Positions 1-13,912 of a stretch of 64,000 bases of DNA are shown here, piece by piece (the stretch's first letter is position 1; the number at the start of each line of letters is the position of its first letter). The DNA comes from the human T2T-CHM13v2.0 reference genome, Homo sapiens: assembly GCF_009914755.1 (NCBI RefSeq), contig NC_060926.1. One strand, given 5' to 3'. The notes beneath the pieces were generated by a model. That model did not search any database, was not told where the DNA came from, and saw only the letters and a list, made by a program, of their open reading frames with translations. Made by a program: the position numbers and the translations under genes.

Positions 1-1
1 A

Positions 2-290
<289 letters not shown>

Positions 291-602
291 GGAATAGACT
301 GTCAGAGCTGGAAGAAGATTTGCAATCCTCTAGCAGCCTAGCATCCTTGGTTTATAAAGAGTTCAAGCCCCAGAGATGGTAAGTTACTTGTACAAAGTGA
401 CACACATCAAGGCAGCAGAACCATGACTAGAAACCCAGACATCTGACTCTTGGTAAGTGTGGTTTTCTGCTGTATTGGGATGCTTGGTGATCACTCTTTT
501 CTTTCTGTGACCACAAACGTGTGCTTGGGGACATGGCAGGCTCCTGCTTGCAAAACGTCATCTCTCATACCTCATGTCTGAGGACCGGCAGAGACACTCA
601 AC

Positions 603-608
603 TGTGTA

Positions 609-649
<41 letters not shown>

Positions 650-654
650 ACACA
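603..654. repeat. (TG)n microsatellite within a 52-bp alternating purine-pyrimidine tract
   Basis: Read directly from the sequence. Confidence 0.95.
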
Positions 655-1693
655 GGTGAAACAGAAAATTCTCAGTATTTTCTAAAATGATGATGATAAA
701 TTTAAAACTGCCTCAGGATCCCTGAAGCTTCTTCTTTCTGCTGTTTGGCCAGTGCTTTTAGTCACTTATAGCCCACATTTACAACAGAGAGGACTGTGGC
801 ATGTTAACATGAAGCTCAGGGAGCTGTCTGGTGGCAGGGCCTCCCTTCCTGGTCACCCACAATGGGGCTGTGATATGGGACACTACCCTAACTTCCTTGG
901 TGAATGTCAATTGCTTTGTCCAGTAATATCTTTCAGTTATATCACTCAGTTCTGAAAATTAACCAGGAAAAAGTAAAACCCATAAAACATGAAAAAAAAA
1001 GTAAATTAAGTCCCTTGAAATTACTTGATTTGAAGCATCATTCTCTCATATAAATGTCCAAACTGATCATTATCACACTAACACTGGGTTTTTATGGCGT
1101 CATTTCCTTTAAAGACCTTATAGCAATTCAGAAATGTTAACTCCTGAAAATTGAGCATATTCCTGTAAGCACTAGATTAGGCACTGCAGCACCTTGCATG
1201 TCTGGTGAGTTCCCTAATGAGGTTGAAAACAATTTTGACTCAGACAGAGTGATAAGGGCCCGTTTCACAAGAGGACCTCTAACATTTGTGCTGGGAAACA
1301 GGACCAATTATAACTAATTTCTAAATTGCATAGCTTTGAACTATTTGGAGAATGAGGACCTTTTTCAACATACAAAATTTCCTGGTCTTCAACGTGATAA
1401 TTGGGTTTTAATGTATTCAGTCTGCAGGCAATACTTCCTCTGTGTGTGTATTTTCAGGCCCCTTACAATTGCATATTCTCCAATGGGTCCCTAGCCCTTA
1501 CATTGGGAATCATTTGTATAGACCTCAAAGGGAATGTGAAAACTCAAGAGTATTGTCAGTGTGGCACAGTGACTTTTTAAATATTTTACTTTTTTAGGAT
1601 TTTGTACTAATTGTTATCTTATTAAAAATTCACGTGTGTTTCTATAAAATGACTGAATACCACCCAAAAAGTTTGCATAGGATACCAGGATAC

Positions 1694-1989
1694 TTTTTTT
1701 TTTTCTTTAGAGACAGAGTCTTGCTCTTTTGCCCAGGCTAGAGTGCAATGGTGTGGTGTAATCATAGCCCTCTGCAGCCTCCAACTCCTGGGCTCAAGCA
1801 GTCCTCCTGCCTCAGCCTCCTGAGTAGCTAGTACTGGCTGATTTTTTTTTTCACTTTTTTTTTAGAGATGAGGTCTTACTCTGTTGCTATGTTGTACTGG
1901 CGGGTCTTTAACTCCTGGTCTCAAGCAGTCCTCCTGCCTTGGCCTCCCAAAGTGCTAGGATTATAGGCATAAGTCACTTCCCCTGGCCC
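1694..1989 (-). mobile_element. Alu (AluJ-like)
   Basis: Poly-T followed by reverse-complement Alu with J-type GGGCTCAAGC..TCCTCC motifs. Confidence 0.9.
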
Positions 1990-1994
1990 AGACG

Positions 1995-1998
<4 letters not shown>

Positions 1999-2037
<39 letters not shown>

Positions 2038-2316
2038 AGCATCTTGCTCTGTCACCCAGGCTGGAGTACAGTGGTACACTCATGGCTCACTGTAGCCTCA
2101 ACCTTCTGGGCTCAAGTGATCCTCCCACCTTAAGTTCCTAAGTAGCTGGAAACACAGGTGTGTGCTACCAGGCCTGGCTAATTTATTTTTATTTTTTGTA
2201 GAGACAGGATCTCCCTATATTGCCCAGTCTGGTCTCAAACTCCTGAGCTCAAGTGATCCTCCTGCCTTAGCCTCCCAAAGTGTTGGGATTACAGGTGCAG
2301 GCCAACGTGCCAGCTG
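1999..2316 (-). mobile_element. Alu (AluJ-like) with T34 tract
   Basis: Reverse-complement dimeric Alu directly following the previous one. Confidence 0.9.
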
Positions 2317-2629
2317 GATGCTTTAATTTATTCATGCTGTTTTCCAAGTTTCAGTTCCAGTATTGAATAATTGTCCCTCAGCGTATTAGAGGTTACTGGT
2401 TCTTTTTTGTGGTGGCTTTAAGTGGGAAGATTTATCACAGCTCTTGGAAGCATGGCAGCCTTTTGGTGGGGAGTCTAATCTGGGTTGGATTTAGGCCCTG
2501 TCACTAGCCTAAATCTGACAAGACTGAAGCAGGCACTACCTTCGTAAACTTTTTTATTTTCTTTCTCTCTCGCTCCCCTTTCCTCCTCTACCTTCTTTCC
2601 TTCCTTTTGTGTTTCCCTCCCCACTTTGT

Positions 2630-3060
2630 TCTACAGATATTTATTGAGCATCATGTAGCTTTGAGAAACTTGCAGACTAGTGGGTAAAACATATGCCTGA
2701 AAAAAATCACAGAAATCTCTAATTGCAAACTGTGATAAATGCTGAAACAAAAATGCAGGTGCTATGAGACTGCAAAGCAGAGAGATCCGGCCCAGCCTGC
2801 AGGATCAGAGAATACTTCCCCAGGGAACTGACGGTTAGGCTGAATTGGGATTAACTAGATGCTAAGGAAAGGGAAAGAAGTGTTTTTCGGGCCAAGGAAA
2901 CAGAATGTGCTTTAGGAATTAAGAGGATGAGTAACATGGTGTGGGATGAGGCAAGGAAGGAAGCAGGGGCAGATCACACTGAGATTCACGGGGCATGCTG
3001 GGGATTCTGGTCTCAATCGCAAGAAGACCACAGTGAGCCCCGTGAACTATTGGAGCCCCA
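2630..3060 (-). mobile_element. L2 3' fragment
   Basis: atatttattgagca terminus followed by degraded purine-rich L2-like sequence. Confidence 0.5.
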
Positions 3061-3874
3061 TATATGTGTGTTTCTGATTTTTGTAGGATAACACTAAGTG
3101 TTCAGCTGTTTATTGACCTATTACAACTTAGAGTATGACTTACAGTGATTGCACCCAGGATGATACCTTATAATTTACAGTGAGCTGGTGTCTCAGAAGA
3201 GGATGGAAAGTGAAATCCTGTGGCATTTGGGATTCTCCCTTTGAACAGTGAAAGAACCAAACAGAAGCCAGTTCTGTTATGTCAGCATGCTCTACCACAG
3301 AAGCCACCGGGCTTGTGGTTGATCAGCTTGCTCCGTCTGTAAGGTGGGCATGGCTCTTGTGAGGGAGCAGATGGTACTCAGTTGCTCGGATCCTGCAGGT
3401 CAGCAGGAACATGAACACAAAGCCTTAACACATGGAGCGAGGTTGAGACCTCAGAGCACCGCCCCTCACAGTCTCTTCACTCCAGTGATAACAGGTGGCT
3501 TCAAGAATCACTATGTGCAACAAGACCACAGAAAAGAAAATTATGAAACTAAAGCAATTCAAAGTTCTTTCAACTTGCCCCCATTTGTAAGTGCAATTAT
3601 TACTATTGTTAACCACATTCCATTGTGGGGTCCAAGCTTTTTCCTGGTACTTTTAAATCTTTTCCACATTAGTGACCCTTAGAAAAGTTGCACTTAAAAA
3701 AATACTAGGAGGTAGATAAGACTGGAACTCTCTGTGTCATTCACAAGGATGTTTTCTGGACATGTTGATACAGATGGTGTCAGTGGGGTCTTGAGCAGCA
3801 TGGGGAGGAGAGCCAGAGAGACATGGCTATTTTTGTTTTTGCCAATGCACTGCAAATTGTCAAAACAAGGTTTA

Positions 3875-4243
<369 letters not shown>

Positions 4244-4882
4244 TCACTTCTCCCATACTCTTAAGCTCTATTATAGGATGAAAAGAAAACTGAAAATAAC
4301 AAAAGCTACATCTAATACTCTCGTTGTAGGATATATGTAAGTATAAGCTATATATTATTCTAGTAAGTGATTTTCAGGTTTCATCAGGGGCAGAGAAAAA
4401 TGAAAACCCAGAGAAAAAGAACATTGGCCAGAAAACTTGAGGCCAAGAAAAGTACTGTGATGTAACAGGTTAAATGTGAAATTGTCACCTGCCTGCTGTG
4501 TATAAGATACTGCACTAGGCATTTAACAGCATAGAAAAGTTTGGAACAACCAAGGAATTTACATTTTAAATTGAGACCAGCTGTAACTATAAGCAACATA
4601 TAAAATGTCAAGTAATTGCAAAAAAAAAAAAAAAGATGAGGTGTCAGAAAGTAGTTTGTGATTTATTGCCAAATGAATGACGCTATCAGTGGAGTGATTT
4701 TCTCTGCTAATATCCATACTTCCTAATGATGAAGACCATGCGTGGTGGGCTTGCAGTGCTTACCATAGTGGTAGGTGTTGAGTAAATATTGGCATGAATG
4801 AATTACTGAGTGAATGACTGATTCAAGGCTGGAGAACACTAAAGGTTTTAAAGTAAATATGGTGCTTTTAGATTATTTAAAT

Positions 4883-5182
4883 TTTCTTTTTTTTTTTTTT
4901 GAGATGGAGTTTCACTCTTGTTGCCCAGGCTAGAGTGCAATGATGTGATCTTGGCTCACTGCAACTCTGCCTCCCAGGTTCAAGCGTTTCTTCTGCCTCA
5001 GTCTCCCAAGTAGCTGGGATTACAGGCACCTGCCACCATGCCCAGCTAATTTTTGTATTTTTAGTAGAAACGGGATTTCTCCATGTTGGCCAGGCTGATC
5101 TCGAACTCCTGACCTCAGGTGATCCATCCGCCTCAGCCTCCCAAAGTGCTAGGATTATAGGCGTGAACCACTGCACCTGGCC
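4883..5182 (-). mobile_element. Alu (AluS-like) with TSD ttatttaaatttt
   Basis: Reverse-complement full dimer with flanking direct repeat. Confidence 0.95.
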
Positions 5183-5194
5183 CTTATTTAAATT

Positions 5195-6330
5195 TTCTAA
5201 AAGGTGTAATTATAGTAAAGTACACACATCTTAAATGTAACTGTGATTATTTTTTATATCTATATGGATACACAAAACTACCTCCAGATGAAGATATAGA
5301 GCATTTCTAGCATGTTGGATGGTTCTGTCATGACTTCTTCAGTCCATACTCCCCTTGGAATGCCATTCTGATTGCTGTCACCACACATTAGTGCAGCCTG
5401 TCTTTGAACTTCATATAAATGGAATTATACAATGGTCCTCTCTTATGTTGAAATTCATCCATGTTGTTGCATGCTGTTGCATGAATCATTCTTTTTTTAT
5501 TCTGTTTATTATTTCATCATATGACTATTCCACAATATTCTATATTTTGTCTCTCTGTCTTTTTTTTTTTCCCAGAAAATAGAGACATTTATTCCTCCTT
5601 ATAGCCAGAGCATTGAGGCAGGTTCACATCTGGGTTGGTAGAGCTCAGAGATGGCAGCAAGTGACACGCCTGCCCATTTTTTCCTCCTTCCTGAGCATGT
5701 TGGCATCCATCTTTGGACTTTTTGCCCCATTGTCCTAAGATGGCCTCCAGTGCTTCCTGCATGATTGTATGTGCACTGAGCTTCAATCTGCAACTTTGTG
5801 TTTGTGCTGAGGGTATGCTTTTTGGATTGGTCCATATTGCTTTGCATAGCTCTTGTTCTCCTGTGTGTCAGTATTGGCAGGCCAGGGTATAGCTCTCTGC
5901 TCATTTAACTCTTCTTTAATACCATTTACCAGTTTATTATAAAGGATACAGTTGAGGAACAGCCAGACAGAAGAGAGGTATAGGGCAGGACATGAGGGGA
6001 TGGGCCAGGAGGGCATGTAGAGCTTCTGTGCCCCCCTTGGGTGTGTCACTCTTCCAGGACCTCATTGTGTTTGCCAACCTGGAAGGTCCCACAATATTAT
6101 GTTGTTAATGGACATTTGGGTTAGTTTAAGTTTGGGACTACTATTAATGTTTATAAAGCTACTATGAACAATTTGTCTTTTAATGGGCATAAATACTCAC
6201 TTCTCTTGGGTATATAACATGGAATTGCTGGGTCATAGAGTATTGGTACCTTTAGAAGATGTTGCCAAACATTTTTCTAAAGTGGTCATACCAATTCATT
6301 TTCCCAACAGCAATGTAAGAGAATTTAAAT
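5195..6330 (-). mobile_element. Old L1M 3' fragment interrupted by LTR-derived sequence
   Basis: L1M-type phrases (tttgaacttcatataaatggaattatac; ggaattgctgggtcatag; ttcccaacagcaatgtaagaga) on both sides of 5590-6090. Confidence 0.6.
5920..6090. mobile_element. MER21-like LTR fragment
   Basis: tttaccagtttattataaaggatacag...gaacagccag...gaagagaggtatagggcagg resembles MER21. Confidence 0.55.
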
Positions 6331-7144
6331 ATGGATCCTTAACTGTTTTGTAGATGTCAGTAGAGTTCATTTAAAATGTATAAAGACTCTGGTCATTGCA
6401 ACCCAAGGGAGGGAGGGAATGAATTTTTCCCAGTGTTAGCATTACTCATATTTCCAGACTCCAAACCCTGCCTCTCCCTTTCAGGGCCTTGTTATATTAC
6501 AGAGTAGGCTCCAGAGAGCAGGAATAGTACCTGATTTCCTACTGCCACATGCTCAGGGCCAGGCACAATATAGGCATTCGGTCAGTATTCAAGTGGATCC
6601 TGAGGTAGGGCCATCACTTAGGAAGGCAAATAATAGGAAAAGCATAGTGGCAGCCAGTTACTGAATTCTGACCTTTATGGAGATCAAAGCTTCCAGCTTT
6701 ATCACTTGCCAGGTTCATGTCATTCATCCCAACTTAATTGAGAGTCTGCTCTGTGCCGATAACTCTTGCTTTACTACTGCTGCAGAATGTCAGGCAGGGC
6801 GGACGATAACACACTGGCTTGTTCAGGTATGGGTTAGTGGCCACAGCCTCTCTTTGCTCCCTGAGTAGGCCAGACTTGCGGACTGCCTGGTAGTAAAGAG
6901 GGAGCCTGTGATAGGACCCCTGCAGCAGGGTTGGGGGTAGGCTCAGGACAGGTCTGCACCATGGAGAACAGCAATCAGGCAGTTAATGCTTTCCAAGAAA
7001 TTCTTCAATTTGGCTCCCTTATCAAAGATGACCGCTTATTTTCTTTTTGTGTGGAGAGAGATGAACAGGGAGAATCATAAAGCATGACTATGAATGATTT
7101 GAATCTGGAAATATGTGCAATGTGACTTTTGGGCAAAGCTGCTT

Positions 7145-7385
7145 TAATAATAATAAAAGGTAACATTGAGCACTTCCTACATACCAGGCAGTGTTGTTTA
7201 ATTCTCATTACAACTCTGTGAGGTGGACACTCTCTTAGTAGCCACATTTCACAGATAGGGAAACCAAGGAACAGAGAGGAGGCATACCTTTCCCAGCGTC
7301 ACGCAGTTAGAGGGTGGAAGAGTAGGAATGTGAACCGACATGGTTCCAGACACGGGGCTCTTAGCCACTCACCGCATGACAGCTG
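7145..7385 (-). mobile_element. MIR
   Basis: MIR core: catttcacagatagggaaaccaagg...cccagcgtcacgcagttag. Confidence 0.7.
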
Positions 7386-10109
7386 CCTATTCTTTGTGGT
7401 GCTTTGAACTTCTAAATTCATGGTCTTTATTTCTATGAGCCTCACAAAAGTTGGATGTTTGATATGAATGTTTTTAATCTTTTGGGGATGTAATTTCTCC
7501 CAGAGATGGCAATTTTTTAGTGTGAAGAAAGTATGATGTATATAGAGGTGTTAGAATAATCCATTGGTCTTGGTTTTGAAAAAGAAAAATGTTAACCTAA
7601 TATTAGTTGATCTATGTTAGAAAGTTTACAGTACTAGGCCCTGAACACCTTACCTGTAATCTCAAAAGTAACTTGAACTAGGTTTTATCAGGCCAAATCC
7701 CCATTTTGCAGATGAGGAAATAGAGGGTCAGATAGGCTGAGTAACCTGCCCAGGGCTTCAAATTTAGAAAACATCAACACTGGGATTGGAATTAAGCCTG
7801 TTTAACTCCGAAACCATGTTATCTTTACACAGTACCACAGACTTCCACTTGTGCCCAAAGGAAGCTCTCAATTTCAAGGAAATCATAGTCTACCTTGTTT
7901 GCCCTATCCAGTTTTTTTTAAATCAGCCTATGACATCAAATTATATTTCCAGAAGAACAGCTTTGAATTGTAATGGATGGCATTGTTCACTGTCTCGGCA
8001 TTTTAAAATTTATTTCAATTTTACTGACAATACCATCTATTTAAATACAGGAAGCTTTAGTCATAAGAATGCTAATATGCCTGATTTAGTTGTTAAATTT
8101 TGTTGTGCTCTAATGAGCAAACAAGTCACTGTGGAAACCAAATGGAAATCTAGATGAAGAGAGATACAGCAAGAGGCCTAAGAAATGGGGCAGCTTGAAA
8201 TAATTCCCTCAAAGCAGACTGGGAGACTGAAGAACTGACTCAAAGAGAAATTCGGCTGCTTAACAATGTTTTGTTTTTGCTTAAAAACAAAACAAAACAA
8301 AAAAGAGAAATTCAGCCAGGGTTATTCAGTAAAGCTATATATGAAAAATGTTACAGATTATGCAAACCTTAGACTTATTGAGGCTCTATTTTATCATTTC
8401 AAAAACTGTATAATTTATGGCAGTGCTACTAACAGTGTTCACCTAATTTATTAATAATTTTTAAACATTATTTTGACCTCGATTTGCATGTGACAAACAT
8501 GTTTATACTTTAAAGAATATACATAATAGTTATTTTAAAGACTGACTCAATTAAAACACTTAGAATCTCCTGCTCCCTGCCCAAGGATTCAGTTGCCATT
8601 CCAGTAATCCAATAGATACTAGAAATGTGATATTCTAGACTGAATGTTCCAGATGTCATTGATATGAAAGCCCTACCAGATAGAGGACCCAACAGAAAAT
8701 TTCCCATTAGCACAACTTAGTCAAGACAGTTCTGTAAAAGTCTGTTCTTTCATCTGGTTTAGGACTTAGATTGTTCTTTCAGGATTTGAGGCTTAGGGAA
8801 ATTACTTTTGTCCAAGAGTGAATATCAAAACTCATTTACGTAACAGGTTTTGAACTGAATAGCCAGAGAAATCTCATCTGTGAACACAGGACTGCAGACA
8901 GTGGGCAGCTGTCCAGTGGTCTGGCAAGAACTTACTGTTCAGCACAGCCCTGGAGCTTCATGTAAGAGTGAAGTCAGCCTCCACTTGGCGATCCAAAAAG
9001 CATTTCAGTTACTGCCAAGTGCCATGTTAGGACTTGTCAACTTCTGCCCAAGTAGTATCAGACTGCTGATGTTTGGATATACTTTTGTTAATCTTTCCCT
9101 GTCTTGGCACTTGGGGGTTCTGTTATGTATCAGACTATGTAATTTTTGCATTTTGGTACTTGGATATTTAGTGTTAAAGGCATATTAGAGATGATGATTG
9201 AAATGATCACTGTATACGCAGATCTTGAAAGCTCTTGATCCAAGGCCCCAGAGGCAAACAGTATTTTAAGTTTGCAGCAGGGGAAAGACAGGATCAGCTA
9301 TCTTATGATTTATCTAATTTGGAAGTATATTATCAGTTACCTCAATGGGAAGGAAGCTTTTAATGCACCACCGTTAGTAGCTGTTGGCAGATCACTAGTC
9401 GGTAAATGCCCTGGGAGTAGCATTACAATTCTCCTCTCTCAGTTTGCTTCACAAGGAAACAAGTCTCATTGCATATCTTTTTAACTGAAGTCTTTCTTCA
9501 GCAAAACTTGTCTGAGTGCAGGTACTTGTCCATTTGGTTTAAATGATCAGTCACTTGAGCTTTAGCACACTTTAGCATCCTTCTTGCATACTGTAGCAAA
9601 AAGCATGAGCACCTGCCATGGGCATAAGTGCAAATGGTGCAGGTGGGCTTACAAAGATGGAGCAGTTGTAGACATTGCCCTCAGAGAGCATCCAGTCTTG
9701 AAAATAAAAGGCATGTGTTAGTAACTTTGATCAAGATGGGCTGAGGAAATTCCCATAGGTGCTGAGTGAAAGTTATGAAAGTTAAGATCCTGGATAATTC
9801 CACTGAGCCACAGAGAATGGCTTCTTGTCATCCAGACAGGGCCTGAAAAGGATGGGATTTAGACTTTGGAGATGTAATGGGGAGACTGTTCTAGGTAGAG
9901 GAAATGCACAGAGTGGGTAAAGAGTGAGTATGATTGGGGGAATTGCAAGACGTTTCATTTGCTTGAAGATTTCAAGAAGTATATCCTGGAAGAGGAAGGT
10001 GGAAAGTTAGTTGAGGTAAGATCATGAAGGATCTCTAATAGTAGGCTAAGGAATTTCGGCTTTATTCTGTCTTTCTCTAATTTCAGTATTAACTTAAGTA
10101 TTTTAATAT

Positions 10110-10413
<304 letters not shown>

Positions 10414-11169
10414 TTAACCTAAGGTCTGATTATTATGCCATTAATAAACAGTAAAGTGATCCTTTTGGCAGTTTGTTGGGGAACAAATACTACTGTTTAT
10501 ACAACTGCAGTATTTATAATATGAGTGAAAATAGCATTTTTTGGCTGACAATTTTAAACAGAGGCAGTTGCAAATACATCGCATAACCATATCACTCAGA
10601 GAAAGTCAGCTAAGGCATACAGCATACACTTATTTTGATTTGTCCATAGATTTGCTGATATTGGGATCTACATTTCACAGCTTTTTTCTTGGCCAGGTGG
10701 GTGTTGATAATGCCTAATAGCCCATATCTCTGGCAAACAAGACACCAGCTTGTTTGAAAGCTGAGTCATTGAGCTCCTTTATCTTTCTTCCCAATTTCCT
10801 ACTTAGCATTTTCCCTTTACATTGGGCACGTGGTAAGCAATGAGATGCCCATTGATTTGCTGCCCAGGAAAGAGCAGCTCTGGCTTTTTTCTATTCAAAG
10901 TAATTATTTTAGTGTACCTATAGTGTGCCTTGGAAATATTCTGAGCTGATGCTTTTAGTTATTGCAAGCTAGTAAAAGAATTTTATCAGATAGGCTTGCA
11001 ACACTTTTCAGTTGATAAAAACATTAGTGAAGAGGGCCATCTTTGTTAGTATTCTCTGGCTAACTAACTCAGTTGATTAAAGCTTGAGGCTTATGTGGGC
11101 GAGGTCAATTTTTTTTTTTTTTTGCTCTGTGATTATCTCTTGCAAACTTGAGTCTTGGCTTTCAATAAA

Positions 11170-11410
11170 TAATTATGATAATAGCAAGCACTTATGTAGT
11201 CTTAAGTGCTATATATAAATAAACTAATAAATAAACTGTACATAATAAACTAATTTAATCCTCAGAATAATCCCAAAAGGCAGGTACTGTTACTCTCTCC
11301 ATCTTCACAGATCATGGAACAGAAGCTATGTAACTTGCCCAAGGTCACATTACTGGCAATTGACTGAGCCAGGGTTTGAACCTAGGCTGTTAGGCCTCCG
11401 GTCTTTACCA
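11170..11410 (-). mobile_element. MIR
   Basis: tttaatcctc...taacttgcccaaggtcaca...ccagggtttgaacctagg. Confidence 0.7.
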
Positions 11411-12031
11411 TTGATCTCATTCAAATCCAGGGACACCAGTAAGGGTGTCCCTAGATTTAATTAAGTAAACACAATGTATGTCTACATATTTATAACTATG
11501 TATTCTCTATAAGGTGAAACTTTGAATTTAAGAAATTTCAAACCAATATTACAATATCCAGACACCAAAAATATATTTACATCTCTTTTGTTGTCCACTC
11601 AACAGTATGTTTCAGATATAGGAGTGTGACTAGGATGCAACTTAAACTTCAGATTGTACCCTGCTGAGCAGTTTAAAAATTGTCCTCTAGGACCATGATT
11701 TTTTTTTTTTAAATGAAAGACACAGAAATTTTTGTATCCAATTTCAGACACTTTCCAGAGTCTCTGAAGCGCACTCCTAGGTCCACAGATCTTTTCCCCA
11801 AGCAATAGAGAGTAATTGAGCAACAGGATAACATGATCAAATCTATGTTTTAAGAAAGATAACTCCGATGACAATGAAAGATGGCCTGGAGGAGATAATG
11901 ACTGGGAGTAGAGAAATGAAATGGTAATGGAAAAATAACTATTTTCTAGCATGAAGTAAGGATATAGAGTGATGTCACTAACTAAGGAAATATAAGGAAA
12001 GGAAAAGGGGCAAGGGCAGAAAGATAATGGT

Positions 12032-12336
12032 GCTGGGCACAGTGGCTTTCGCCTGTAATCCCAGCACTTTGGGAGGCTGAGGCGGGTGGATCACTTGAAG
12101 TCAGGAGTTTGAGGTTAGCCTGGCCAACATAGTGAAACCCCGTCTCTACTAAAACTACAAAAATTAGCCGGGCATGGTGATGGGCGCCTGTAATCCCAAC
12201 TACTCACAAGGCAGAGGCAGGAGAATCTCTTGAACCCGGAAGCCGGAGGTTGCAGTGAGCCAAGATTGCACCACTGTACTCCAGCCTGAGAGTGAGACTC
12301 TGTCTCAAAAATAATAATGATAATAATAATAATAAT
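12032..12336 (+). mobile_element. Alu (AluS-like) with (AAT)n tail
   Basis: Full dimer whose tail has become a trinucleotide repeat. Confidence 0.95.
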
Positions 12337-13168
12337 GGGTTTGATTTTTGAACACACTGAGTTTCAGGTGCCCTTGATATATTGCAATGGAATCGACAGT
12401 AGGAAATTGGAAATGCAATCTGGAAAAGAGGTCAGCATTGAGGAGACGGATTGAGTAGTCTCCAGCAAATGGTAGGTTTAAGGCCTCAAAGCGAGACAAG
12501 GTCACTCAGGAGAAGCCAAACGGAGAAAAAAAAGAGGGAAAAAAAAAAAGAGGAACCAGTAAAGCTGACTTGGGGAGAAGAGACTTGGGGAAGCAGCAGC
12601 AGCAGCAGAACATTTGAGCACTTCCGTATGCCTGGACTGTTATGAACACTTTACATGCATTAATTTGCTTAATCCTCAGGCAATTCAGTGAAAGAGCTAC
12701 TTTTTCCAGATGAGGAACCCGAGGCACAGAGAAGTAAAATAATTTTCACAAGGTCACAGAGCTAGTAAGTCACTTTCAATGGTAAATTAGCAGTAGCATT
12801 GTTAAGCAAATGTAATTGAGTTAAGATAGTTTTTTAACTCTTTTAAAGATTTAAATATAGATTAGTAAGCTTTGATGATAGGATTTTCTACTTTCCCCCT
12901 AGTGTATCAAGTAAATATATTACGATCATCATAATTCATGAGGGAAATATGATCTGAGACTTTCATAAATTTACCAATCCCCTAGGCCTCTCTCATGCAA
13001 ATATTCTGTCAAGATTCATGCATTTCTTAAATATTTTTATATGATAGTTTAAGCTTTCCCTGAAGTTTTCTCTCAGTGAGAATTTGGGCATTGGTTGGAA
13101 TATCCCCTGAAATGATTTCGTGAGTCACATTTTTAAATATTTCTACTTAGAATATTTAAATATTCTAA

Positions 13169-13489
<321 letters not shown>

Positions 13490-13709
13490 TAAGTTTCCCT
13501 GAACTTCTCTTTGTCTCCGTGAATCCATTGCTTCCTCAGAACTTCTTCATTTTGTTTTCCCTTTTATTACTCCACTAGAAGAGTTTTTTTTTTTTTTTGA
13601 GCCCATTTTCTCACAATAATTTTTTAAATCACTTCATCAGAGTTATGTGCATTGAGGAGCAAGAACAATGAAACCATATCAAGCCACCACAGCTGGATTC
13701 TCTGCTAGG

Positions 13710-13912
13710 CAGGAGTCAGCAAACTGCAGTAGGTGCCCACCACTTTTTTATAAGTAAGGTTTTGCTGGAACACAGCCATGTTTATTTGTTTATATATTGT
13801 CTGTGGCTCCTTTCCTGGCACAGCAGCAGAGCTGAGTAGTTTCATCAAGGGATTGCACAAAATCTAAAATATTCACTGATCTGGACCTTTACAGAAAGTT
13901 TGCTAACTCTTT
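13710..13912. mobile_element. MER58A-like hAT-Charlie DNA transposon remnant
   Basis: caggagtcagcaaac...gttttgctggaacacagccat...acctttacagaaagtttgctaac, with inverted termini. Confidence 0.75.

Noticed and set aside
3344-3682. 112-aa ORF in slightly GC-richer unique sequence (possible pseudogene or exon)
   Set aside because: No similarity to a protein I recognise and no poly-A/TSD retrocopy hallmarks.
12770-12787. actttcaatggtaaa resembling the centre of a Made1/miR-548 hairpin
   Set aside because: No flanking inverted arms. It is a chance match at the end of a MIR.
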